This document shows positions 26,545 to 34,897 of a DNA stretch of 64,000 bases, one piece after another; positions within the stretch are counted from its first letter, which is position 1; each line of letters begins with the position of its first letter. The stretch comes from an uncultured Gemmatimonadales bacterium. Its GTDB lineage: Bacteria; Gemmatimonadota; Gemmatimonadetes; Gemmatimonadales; GWC2-71-9. The DNA is taken from assembly GCA_963711915.1 (NCBI GenBank), contig CAVQGA010000003.1, positions 73,231 through 137,230 of the forward strand, in the 5' to 3' direction. The notes beneath the pieces were generated by a model that was given only the letters and a program-made list of their open reading frames with translations, ran no database searches and was not told where the DNA came from. The translations under genes were made by a program, and so were the position numbers.

Positions 26545-29424
26545 TTGCCGGCCCTGACCACGCCCGACCGCGCCGATACGCTGCGACGCATCCGACGGCT
26601 GCCCGTGCTGGGCGCGGTCGCCGCCTTGGCATTCGGGCTGGCGGTGCTGGCGAGCTACACCTTCGCCATCGACCGCCTGCTTCCGCTGCCCCGCTTGCTC
26701 CTGCCGACGCAGCCGCTGGCCGCCGTCCTGTTCGTGCTCACCGGCACCAGCCTGCTGGCCCTGCAGACCGGCCTGCCTCGCCTTCAACGCTACGCGGCCA
26801 TCCTCGCCACGCTGATTGCGGCGGCGGTCCTCGTCGAGTATGTGCTCGGCGTGGACCTGGGCGTGGACCTGCTGATCTACCCGGCCACCGCCCTGGAGAT
26901 GAGCCGGGTCTTCCCCGGCCGTCCCGCCCCGGTCACCACCGCCGCATTCCTGCTGCTGGGCCTCGCGCTCGTGATCGTGGCCCTGAGGCCCGGCGACCGG
27001 CCCCGGCGCACCCACACGGGCATCGTCCTCGCCGCCATCGTCCTGCCGATGGTGCCGATCGTCGGGCACCTGTTGCACGTGCCCGAGCTGCACACCTTCG
27101 TGCTCCGGATCGGCACGGCGCTGCCCACGGCACTGGTGCTCCTGCTCCTGGCTGTCGGCGTCGGCACGGCCACGCACGAGCCCGCTGTCGTGAGCCTGAT
27201 GCGCGGCCGGGACCCGGGCACGACCCTGCTCCGGCTCCTGCTGCCGCTGGCTGTGCTGCTGCCGCTGTTCTTCGCGGCGGCCAGCGTCGGGGCACTTCAT
27301 CTCGGCCTGTACGAGATCCACGTCGGCCTCGTGGTGTTCGTCTCCGGCTGCATCGGGATGTTCCTCGGGTTCGCGTTCTGGATCGTGGACATGGTGCGCC
27401 GCGCGGACGCCGAGCGCCGCGCGGCCGACCGCGCGCAGACCGAGCTCGCCATCCAGGACCACCGGCTCCGGGCGGAGACCGCGGCGGCCGTCGCCGCGCG
27501 CGAGGGGGAGCGCCAGACCCGGGAGCTGCTGACCATCCTGAGTCACGCCCCGGTGATGGCGCGCGGACTCGACGGGCGCGTTCGATTCTGGAGCGCCGGC
27601 GCCGAGCGGCTGTACGGCTGGACCGCGGAGCAGGCGACCGGCGCGCTGGCCCGGACCCTGCTCCCCACCGCGTTTCCCACGCTCGAGCGCGAGGCGGAGG
27701 CGGCCCTGCTCGAGCACGGCGAATGGCACGCCGAGCTGAGCCGCCGGGCGCGCGACGGAACGGTCGTCCAGGTGGCGAGCCACTGGATCCTACATCGCGA
27801 CGAGATCGGGCGGCCCGACGCGGTGATCGAAGTGGACAAGGACGTCACGGAACAGCTCCGGGCCCAGGATGCATTCCAGCGGGGCGAGGCGCGCTATCGG
27901 GCGCTGGTGGCGGCGACCGCCCGCGTCGTGTGGACCACGTCCGCCGACGGAAAGCGGTCGATCGAGCTCGGGCAGTGGCTCGCGTTCACCGGGCAGACGG
28001 CCCTGGAGGCCGACTGGGGAGGCTGGCTCCGGGCCATCCACCCCGACGATCAGTCGGAGGCGACGCGGATCTGGGAGGAGTCGGTGCGCGAGCGGCGGCC
28101 GATGCTGACCGAGCACCGGCTTCGGCGCCGGGATGGAGAATATCGCCACATGGAAGTCCGCGCGGTGCCGGTGCTGGACGAACAGGGCGTCGTGCGGGAG
28201 TGGGTCGGCGCGCACGCGGACATCACCGACCGGGTGAAGGCGCAGGAGCAGCTGGGGCAGGCGCAGAAGCTCCAGGCCGTCGGCACCCTGGCCGGCGGCG
28301 TGGCGCATGAGGTGAACAACCAGCTCATGGCGGTGCTCGGCTTCGGCGACTTCGTGCTCAAGGAGCTGGGCGCCGAGCACCCCCAGACGGCGGACGTCGA
28401 GGAGATGATCCGGGGCGCGACCCGCGCCGCGCGCGTGGCCCAACAGCTCCTCACGTTCAGCCGGCGGCAGGTGAACCAGACCCGCCTGCTCAGCCTGCAC
28501 GCGGCGATCGAAGGCCTCTCACCCGTGCTCGAGCGGCTGCTCGGCGCCGACAAGGCGCTCGTCGTGCTCGAGCCGCGGAGCCAGCGCCAGGTGCTGGCCG
28601 ACCCGACGCAGGTGGACCAGGTGCTCATCAACCTGGCCGCCAACGCCCGCGACGCGATGGGCACCGGCGGGCGGCTCACCATCGGCATCGACGACGTGAC
28701 CCTGGACGCGTCGTATGCCCGGGCGCACACCCTCAACCGGCTCATCCCCGGGCCCTACGTGCGCCTCACGGTGTCGGATACCGGCTGCGGCATGGACGCC
28801 CCCACGCTGGCCAAGATCTTCGAGCCGTTCTTCACCACCAAGCCCGTGGGGGCGGGCACCGGGCTCGGGCTCTCGACCGTCTACGGCATCGTGAAGCAGC
28901 ACGACGGATTCATCTGGGCCTACAGCGAGCCCGGGCTGGGCACCGCGCTGAAGGTCTACCTCCCGGCCGCGGCCGCGGATGCGCTCGACGACGAGGGGTC
29001 GACGGCCGATCCGATCGGGGAGCGCCCCTCCGGGCTGGACGCGCACATCGTGCTGGTGGTGGAGGACGAGCCGTCGGTCCGGAACCTGGTCCGGCGCTCG
29101 CTCGAGGCGGTGGGGCTGACCGTGCTCGAGGCCACCAATGGACGGCAGGCGCTGGAGACCGTGGCCACCATGCGGGAGCCGCCCAGCCTGGTGCTCACTG
29201 ACGTGATCATGCCGGGTCTCAACGGCCGAGAACTGAGCGAGGCGCTGGCGCTGACCCAGCCGGATCTGCCGGTGCTCTTCATGTCGGGCTACACCGGCGA
29301 CGACGTGCTGGCGCGGAGCCTGCTCCCCGCCACGGCGCCATTCATCCAGAAGCCGTTCGCGCCGGAGGAGCTGGTCACGCGTGTGCGGATGCTGCTGGCC
29401 GGGGTGGCCGAAGCGAGGCGCTGA
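26545..29424 (+). CDS. hybrid sensor histidine kinase: multi-TM N-terminus - 3x PAS - HisKA - HATPase_c - receiver
   Basis: The listed start is a TTG and the exact start is uncertain. About 8 TM helices are followed by PAS repeats. H-box GGVAHEVNNQL, GTGLGLSTVYGIVKQHDGFIW, and REC (VLVVEDEPSVRN..LVLTDVIMPGLNG). Confidence 0.9.
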   Translation: MPALTTPDRADTLRRIRRLPVLGAVAALAFGLAVLASYTFAIDRLLPLPRLLLPTQPLAAVLFVLTGTSLLALQTGLPRLQRYAAILATLIAAAVLVEYVLGVDLGVDLLIYPATALEMSRVFPGRPAPVTTAAFLLLGLALVIVALRPGDRPRRTHTGIVLAAIVLPMVPIVGHLLHVPELHTFVLRIGTALPTALVLLLLAVGVGTATHEPAVVSLMRGRDPGTTLLRLLLPLAVLLPLFFAAASVGALHLGLYEIHVGLVVFVSGCIGMFLGFAFWIVDMVRRADAERRAADRAQTELAIQDHRLRAETAAAVAAREGERQTRELLTILSHAPVMARGLDGRVRFWSAGAERLYGWTAEQATGALARTLLPTAFPTLEREAEAALLEHGEWHAELSRRARDGTVVQVASHWILHRDEIGRPDAVIEVDKDVTEQLRAQDAFQRGEARYRALVAATARVVWTTSADGKRSIELGQWLAFTGQTALEADWGGWLRAIHPDDQSEATRIWEESVRERRPMLTEHRLRRRDGEYRHMEVRAVPVLDEQGVVREWVGAHADITDRVKAQEQLGQAQKLQAVGTLAGGVAHEVNNQLMAVLGFGDFVLKELGAEHPQTADVEEMIRGATRAARVAQQLLTFSRRQVNQTRLLSLHAAIEGLSPVLERLLGADKALVVLEPRSQRQVLADPTQVDQVLINLAANARDAMGTGGRLTIGIDDVTLDASYARAHTLNRLIPGPYVRLTVSDTGCGMDAPTLAKIFEPFFTTKPVGAGTGLGLSTVYGIVKQHDGFIWAYSEPGLGTALKVYLPAAAADALDDEGSTADPIGERPSGLDAHIVLVVEDEPSVRNLVRRSLEAVGLTVLEATNGRQALETVATMREPPSLVLTDVIMPGLNGRELSEALALTQPDLPVLFMSGYTGDDVLARSLLPATAPFIQKPFAPEELVTRVRMLLAGVAEARR

Positions 29425-29427
29425 CCG

Positions 29428-29706
29428 TCAGGCGGTCAGCACGCCGAGGCCGGCTTCGAGCGCGCCGGCGGCCCGCGGATCCTGGGACAGTCGGAGCGGC
29501 CGGGCGAGCCGTGGACCCGCGCCCCCGCGGAACTCGAAATGCCCGCCGGCGAGTGTGCGCACTCCCAGCGCGAAGCCTGCGCTCGGCTGCAGTAGGCGGC
29601 AGGCCAGGACCCGCTCCGCCAACTCCGCCGCCGTTTCCCACGTCCCCGGCTCGATGCCCGGATAATGGTGAGCGTACTCGGGCTTGAGTCGGGCTTCGCG
29701 GGTCAT
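29428..29706 (-). CDS. hypothetical small protein (92 aa)
   Basis: ATG ORF convergent with the kinase. The N-terminal half is protein-like (MTREARLKPEYAHHYPGIEPGTWETAAELAERVLA). No family recognised. Confidence 0.4.
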   Translation of the reverse strand: MTREARLKPEYAHHYPGIEPGTWETAAELAERVLACRLLQPSAGFALGVRTLAGGHFEFRGGAGPRLARPLRLSQDPRAAGALEAGLGVLTA

Positions 29707-29910
29707 GGGGGACCTCCGCTGCGGGCGCTGTAGGGGTGGATGAGGAACGCCAATCTAGGCCTTCGGAGCGCCGGTTCAAGCGCTCACTTTTGTTCGGGCC
29801 GCGCTTCCGGTGTGTGCATCGCGTGTTGAGCGTAACCTCCATGCCGACAGCCGCGTGGGGCGGGCATGTACATCTGTGGACGATGTGGACGGGGAAAAGT
29901 GGAATCGTGG

Positions 29911-30436
29911 CCTAGCGCTGCGAGCGCACCAGCCGCGCCCAGCGCTCCTGGAACCGCTCCCAGACACTTCGCGCGAGCGGCGCGGTCCTCGTCGAATACC
30001 CGCGCCTGCTCGCGCGCAAACCCCGGGTCGAGCGCGTTGAGGTTGGCCTCGTCGTTCAGCCGGAACGACCGGTCGTCGAAGTTCGTGGACCCCACCGAGA
30101 CCCAGATGTCGTCCACCACCATGACCTTGGCGGCACGCCGGCCCGGGCTCGCTCGGACAGCGCCTCGCCGAACTGGCGGCCCACGCTCCCGGACCAGTAG
30201 ATGTAGGTCTCGAAGTCGATGCTCCGCCGGGCCGACCGGATCGCCCCGAGCATGGCGGGGAAGACCTCATCGCCGTTGAGCAAGGTGGTGACCTTGTTGC
30301 CCGCGACCATCGGGGGGCCCAGGAGGTTGCCCATGACGCGGACGAACTGCGAGTCGCCCGTGGAGTAGGTATGGCCGAGGTGGGGAACGGCGGGCGGGAT
30401 GGGAGCCGTGAGGTTGGACCAGAGGAGCACGAGCAC
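29911..30436 (-). pseudogene. cardiolipin synthase / phospholipase D family gene with large internal deletion and frameshifts
   Basis: The Cls-like N-terminal part (GNKVTTLLNGDEVFPAMLGAIRSARRSIDFETYIYW..ALSERARAGV) abuts the end of the second HKD region in another frame (AKVMVVDDIWVSVGSTNFDDRSFRLNDEANL). A third frame gives the natural tail SVWERFQERWARLVRSQR*. Both HKD catalytic His residues are missing. Confidence 0.6.
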
Positions 30437-30492
30437 CGCTGTGGCGGCGGCTGCGCCACCACCCCAGCGAGCCCGTGTGCGCCAGAGGGCCG

Positions 30493-30711
30493 TCAGCGCG
30501 CCGCTTTGACCAGCCGCTTGACCTGCTTCCCGGCGGCCTTCCGGACGGCCTTGCCGGTCACCCGTGCCCGTTTGGCCGCGACCTTCTTCAGCTCGGTCGC
30601 CTTGCGCCGCACCTTCGGGCTCTTCACGGCCTTCTCGACCGCTTTCTGCACCAGGGCGCTCGCCGCGAGCGCCACTGCCGCCTTCGCCAGCCGTTTGGTC
30701 CTGCCTGCCAT
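30493..30711 (-). CDS. small, extremely basic Lys/Ala-rich protein (72 aa), histone-H1-like composition
   Basis: An internal ATG at 30711 is preceded by GGAGA at about -9. Sequence: MAGRTKRLAKAAVALAASALVQKAVEKAVKSPKVRRKATELKKVAAKRARVTGKAVRKAAGKQVKRLVKAAR. Confidence 0.55.
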   Translation of the reverse strand: MAGRTKRLAKAAVALAASALVQKAVEKAVKSPKVRRKATELKKVAAKRARVTGKAVRKAAGKQVKRLVKAAR

Positions 30712-30848
30712 GAGGGTCTCCGTGTGAGAGTACTCCCCAATCTCGGTACGCCCGGGGCTCGGCGGGGTGAGGGCCGTCACGTCACCCGCCGGCGGTTGCG
30801 GGACAGAGGCCGAGCCGGAAGATTGCAGCATCACATCAGGAGGGTGCG

Positions 30849-31244
30849 ATGGGCGAGCGGTTGTCAGGACTGCTCCAGTTCGGCGATCTGGCGCTCCTCT
30901 TCATGCGCCTTCTCGTCGGGGCGATCTTCGTCTGGAGCGGCGCGAGCCATGCGCGCGACCCGGTGGCGCGCGGCAAGAGCATCGGCATGAGCCCGGGATT
31001 CACCCGCTTCCTCGGCGTGGCGGAGCTGGCCGGCGGCCTTGGCGTGGCCGTCGGTGTGCTGCCCCAGGTCGCCGCGCTCGGGCTCATCCTGGTGATGCTC
31101 GGCGCGATCCAGAAGAAGATCGCCGTCTGGCGCACCGGCTTCTGGGGGAAGCACGGTACCGACGGCTGGCACTACGACCTGATGCTGGTGGCGATGCTGC
31201 TGGTGATCGCGACGACGGGGGGCGGGAGGTACGTGGTGTGGTGA
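30849..31244 (+). CDS. DoxX family membrane protein
   Basis: Strong SD (AGGAGGG) before ATG 30849. Four TM helices with the DoxX pattern LLFMRLLVGAIFVWSG..FLGVAELAGGLGV. Confidence 0.85.
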   Translation: MGERLSGLLQFGDLALLFMRLLVGAIFVWSGASHARDPVARGKSIGMSPGFTRFLGVAELAGGLGVAVGVLPQVAALGLILVMLGAIQKKIAVWRTGFWGKHGTDGWHYDLMLVAMLLVIATTGGGRYVVW

Positions 31245-31347
31245 GGGAGTCATTCGAAGCGGCAGGCCATCCCGGGCCCGATCGCTGCGCTCAGCGAACG
31301 GGCTCAGGATGACACCACGGGCCGGCATCGGCCCGCGGCGAGCTTGG

Positions 31348-31908
31348 TCACCGGTGCGCCGCGTCGGCCCCCTTCTTGAACAGTGCGGCGTACTTGCCGT
31401 ACCCCTCCGCCTCCAGCTTGTCCACCGGCACGAACCTGAGCGCCGCCGAGTTCATGCAGTAGCGCAGCCCGGTCGGCGCCGGGCCGTCGTCGAAGACGTG
31501 CCCCAGGTGCGAGTCGGCCCGGGCCGAGCGCACCTCGGTCCGATCCTCGGCCATCTGGTGGTCGTCGCGGGTCTTCAGGCTGCCGGGCTCGAGCGGCCGC
31601 GTGAAGCTCGGCCACCCCGTGTGGGAGTCGTACTTGTCCAGCGAGCTGAAGAGCGGCTCGCCCGACACCACGTCCACGTAGATCCCCGCGGCATGGTTGT
31701 CCCAGTAGGCGTTGCTGAACGGCCGCTCGGTCCCCTCGTGCTGGGTCACCGCGTACTGCTCGGGCGTGAGCCGCTGCTTGAGCTCCGCGTCGCTTGGCTT
31801 GTTGAAGGTCATCGCGCTCCATCCCGTGGTATGAGTCTGTGCCGCCAGGCCGCCGCTCCCCATCAACAGTGCCGCCGCGGCGATGCCGAGCATTCTAGTC
31901 GCCTTCAC
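31348..31908 (-). CDS. peptide-methionine (R)-S-oxide reductase MsrB with signal peptide
   Basis: GTG start overlapping the msrA stop (GTGA). Motifs [31 protein letters not shown]. The N-terminus [24 protein letters not shown] is signal-like. Confidence 0.9.
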   Translation of the reverse strand: MKATRMLGIAAAALLMGSGGLAAQTHTTGWSAMTFNKPSDAELKQRLTPEQYAVTQHEGTERPFSNAYWDNHAAGIYVDVVSGEPLFSSLDKYDSHTGWPSFTRPLEPGSLKTRDDHQMAEDRTEVRSARADSHLGHVFDDGPAPTGLRYCMNSAALRFVPVDKLEAEGYGKYAALFKKGADAAHR

Positions 31909-32561
31909 TTGGTCGCTCCCTTCGAGGCCAGGTCGCCCCAGAGTTCCTGCAGCCGGGCGTCGCGCCGGCAGCCGATCCGGTACGCCTCGTACCGGACCGG
32001 GTTCTTCCGGTAGTACTGCTGGTGATATTCCTCGGCCGGGTAGAATGGCGTGGCCGGCTCGATCGCCGTGACGATCGGGCTCCGGAACCGGTGCGACTGG
32101 TCCAGCGCACGCTTCGACGCCTCCGCCGAGCGCCGCTGCTCGGCGTCATGGTAAAAGATGATCGAGCGGTACTGCGGCCCGTAATCGCAGAACGCCGAGT
32201 TGACGGTCAGCGGGTCGATGTGGTGCCAGTAGACGTCGAGCAGCTGCTCGTAGGAGATCATGGCCGGATCGTAGCTCAGCTGCACCGACTCCGCGTGACC
32301 GGTCTGGCCGGTCTCCACATCCTCGTACGTTGGCTTCGCCCTGGTGCCGCCGGCGTATCCGGCCGTGACGGTGAGGACGCCCGGCACCCCGTCGAACGCC
32401 TTCTGCATGGACCAGAAGCAGCCCCCGGCGAAGGTGGCGACGCTCGAACCGGCCTTGGGGCCGGGTGCCGCCGCGCCGCCGGCAGGTCGTGGGGTCAGGA
32501 AAAACACCCCGAGGAGGGCGAGTCCGGCAAGGCCGGCGGTGCGCAGGGTCAGGCGAAGCAT
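31905..32561 (-). CDS. msrA: peptide-methionine (S)-S-oxide reductase MsrA with signal peptide
   Basis: Catalytic motif GGCFWSM, plus GYAGG..PTYEDV and [12 protein letters not shown]-terminal hydrophobic signal present. Confidence 0.9.
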   Translation of the reverse strand: MLRLTLRTAGLAGLALLGVFFLTPRPAGGAAAPGPKAGSSVATFAGGCFWSMQKAFDGVPGVLTVTAGYAGGTRAKPTYEDVETGQTGHAESVQLSYDPAMISYEQLLDVYWHHIDPLTVNSAFCDYGPQYRSIIFYHDAEQRRSAEASKRALDQSHRFRSPIVTAIEPATPFYPAEEYHQQYYRKNPVRYEAYRIGCRRDARLQELWGDLASKGATK

Positions 32562-32755
32562 CCGGAAGCTCCAGGTTGATTTCGTCTACTAAACGTCGCT
32601 GGACGGCGAACGGATCCCTGCGGCACTCGACGGCGGGCGCGCCCCGGTGCATCTTGCGTGAACCCGTCGGCTAAATGCTCACCTGGCAATGTGATCGCTC
32701 CGTTCGCGCCGGCTGCAGCGCGAGGACCGTAATGACCCGCATTCCAGCCTGACCC

Positions 32756-34222
32756 GTGGCTACCCAGTCGGACGCACCCACGCCTGAGGTCGCGGCGGCC
32801 CCGACGGAGATTTCGGGGCTCCGCGGGGCACACCTGGCCGCCCGGGTCCGGCAGGCGCTCTACCGGGTGCCGCCGGCCGAGCTCGCCGCCGCCTTCCGGC
32901 GGATGCGCGAGGGGGCGGTGGCCCGGCACATGGACTACTTCATGGATGGGGTCGTCCATTCGATCCGCGTCTTCCCCTGCCCCATCACCCTCCTGCCCGA
33001 GCAGGTCGGCTACGTCCATCGCGTCGTCCGTACCCTGCACGACGCGCTGATCCGGATGCCCGAGCTCTACCAGGCGGATGCCCAGGTCCGGAGCATTCTC
33101 CGGCTCGAGCCGGAGGAGGAGGCATGGCTGCGAGACTGCTGGACCCCCGCCGTCCAGGCACGCACTCCGGTGTTCGACCGGCTGGACGCGCTGGTGGACT
33201 ACACCAGCCCCACCTGGAAGGATACGCTCAAGTTCATCGAGCCGAACCTCACCGGCATCGGCGGCCTGCATCTGGTGCCCTCGGTCGAGGAGGTGGTGAG
33301 CGAGGCGATCGTGCCGTTGCTGGTGGCACACGATCCGGAACTCCGGATCGAGCGGCTCACCGACGCCCGCGAGCTGCTCTTCGGCGAGTTCCGCGCCCAC
33401 CTCGAAGCCATCGGGCGGCCGGGCGGCCGGGTGTGCTTCATCGAGCCCAAGTACGAGCTGGAGGGCATCGACGAGCAACGCCGGCTGCTGGAGTATTTCC
33501 GCGACCGGCACGGGATGGAATCGCTCCACGCCGACCCCGCGGAGCTCCGGATGCGGGGCCAGGAGGTGTACTGCGAGGGTCACCGGGTCGACCTGGTGTA
33601 CCGGGACTACAGCGTGCTCGATCTCGCCGAGCTGGAGCGGAACGGGGTGGACGTGACCCCGATGCGGACGCTCTTCCGGGAGAACCGCGTGATCAGCTCC
33701 ATCGGGGCGGAGCTGGACCACAAGAGCTGCTGGGAGATTCTGAGCGACCCCGAGATCGCCGCCCGGCACTTCGGCGACGATGCCTGCCGCTGCTTCCACC
33801 GGCACGTGCTCTGGACCCGCGTGCTGTCCGACCGCTACACCGCCCTCCCGTCGGGAGAGACCGGAGACCTGCTGGAGTTCGCCCGGCGCGGGCACGAGTC
33901 GCTGGTGCTCAAGCCCTCGCGCGGCTACGGCGGCGACGGCGTGCTCATCGGAGGCACGCTGAGCGCCGCGGAGTGGGAGCGGGCGCTGGGCGCGGCGCTG
34001 GCGGACGACGAGCTCTGGGTGGTGCAGAGCCTCGCGCAAATCCCCGTCCTCGAGGTTCCGACGCTCACGCCCGACGGGACGCTCGAGCCGGAGATGTTCT
34101 ACCACGTGATGGGCTACGCGTCGGGACCGGACGGGCTCGCGATATTGGCCCGCGCGTCGCAGCGTCAGGTGGTCAACGTGGCGCAGCGCGGCGGCATGGC
34201 CGCGGTCATGTCCGTCACCTGA
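32756..34222 (+). CDS. ATP-grasp-fold protein (circularly-permuted / glutathionylspermidine-synthase-like), function unknown
   Basis: 488-aa GTG ORF. FDRLDALVDY..LKFIEPNLTGIGGL and LVLKPSRGYGGDGVLIG resemble pre-ATP-grasp/ATP-grasp elements. The gene is real. The family call is tentative. Confidence 0.55.
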   Translation: MATQSDAPTPEVAAAPTEISGLRGAHLAARVRQALYRVPPAELAAAFRRMREGAVARHMDYFMDGVVHSIRVFPCPITLLPEQVGYVHRVVRTLHDALIRMPELYQADAQVRSILRLEPEEEAWLRDCWTPAVQARTPVFDRLDALVDYTSPTWKDTLKFIEPNLTGIGGLHLVPSVEEVVSEAIVPLLVAHDPELRIERLTDARELLFGEFRAHLEAIGRPGGRVCFIEPKYELEGIDEQRRLLEYFRDRHGMESLHADPAELRMRGQEVYCEGHRVDLVYRDYSVLDLAELERNGVDVTPMRTLFRENRVISSIGAELDHKSCWEILSDPEIAARHFGDDACRCFHRHVLWTRVLSDRYTALPSGETGDLLEFARRGHESLVLKPSRGYGGDGVLIGGTLSAAEWERALGAALADDELWVVQSLAQIPVLEVPTLTPDGTLEPEMFYHVMGYASGPDGLAILARASQRQVVNVAQRGGMAAVMSVT

Positions 34223-34255
34223 TCCACTCACTCCCTCGCCACTCGGAGGCCCGCC

Positions 34256-34816
34256 ATGGTGTCGCTCGGCTCGCTCTGGCTCCCCATCGTTCTCTCGGCG
34301 GTGCTCGTGTTCGTGCTCAGCAGCATCGTCCACATGGTCCTCGGCTACCACCGGAGCGACTACACCCGGCTCCCGAACGAGGACGCCGTCCGCGCCGCCA
34401 TTCGGAGCGGCAATCCGGCGCCCGCCCAGTACATCATCCCCTACGCGGTGGGCCCCAAGGAGATGGAATCGCCGGAGATGAAGCAGAAAGTGGCCGAGGG
34501 GCCGCTCGGGGTGCTCAACATCCGGCCGGCCGGCAAGACCGGCATGGGCCCGAGCCTCGTGCAGTGGTTCATCTTCAGCCTCGTGGTGTCGTTCTTCGTC
34601 GCCTACGTCGCGACCCACGCCCTGCCGCCCGGGGCCCCGTACCTGAAGGTGTTTCAGATCGTGGGCGCCGTGGGGCTTCTCGCCTACGCCGCCGGGCAGG
34701 TGCCGGCCGCGATCTGGATGGGCAAGCCCTGGCCCGTGGCGACCAAGGAGGTCGTCGACGGATTGCTCTACGGATTGGCGACGGCGGGAACGTTCGGGTG
34801 GCTCTGGCCCCGCTGA
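34256..34816 (+). CDS. hypothetical integral membrane protein (186 aa, ~4 TM)
   Basis: ATG ORF 34 nt after the ATP-grasp gene. Hydrophobic segments LWLPIVLSAVLVFVLSSIV, LVQWFIFSLVVSFFVAYV, IVGAVGLLAYAAG and LLYGLATAGTFGWLW. Confidence 0.7.
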   Translation: MVSLGSLWLPIVLSAVLVFVLSSIVHMVLGYHRSDYTRLPNEDAVRAAIRSGNPAPAQYIIPYAVGPKEMESPEMKQKVAEGPLGVLNIRPAGKTGMGPSLVQWFIFSLVVSFFVAYVATHALPPGAPYLKVFQIVGAVGLLAYAAGQVPAAIWMGKPWPVATKEVVDGLLYGLATAGTFGWLWPR

Positions 34817-34897
34817 CGCGGTGACGCGGCGGGGGGAGGGCCGGCCGCCGGCTCCCTCCCCTTGCCGGCCTATCCTCTCTATACTGTTCATTCCGCG

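Noticed and set aside
34862-34885. TTGCCG / TATACT as a promoter for cgs
   Set aside because: The spacer between the two hexamers is only 12 nt, which is too short for a sigma70-type promoter. TATACT alone is weak evidence.
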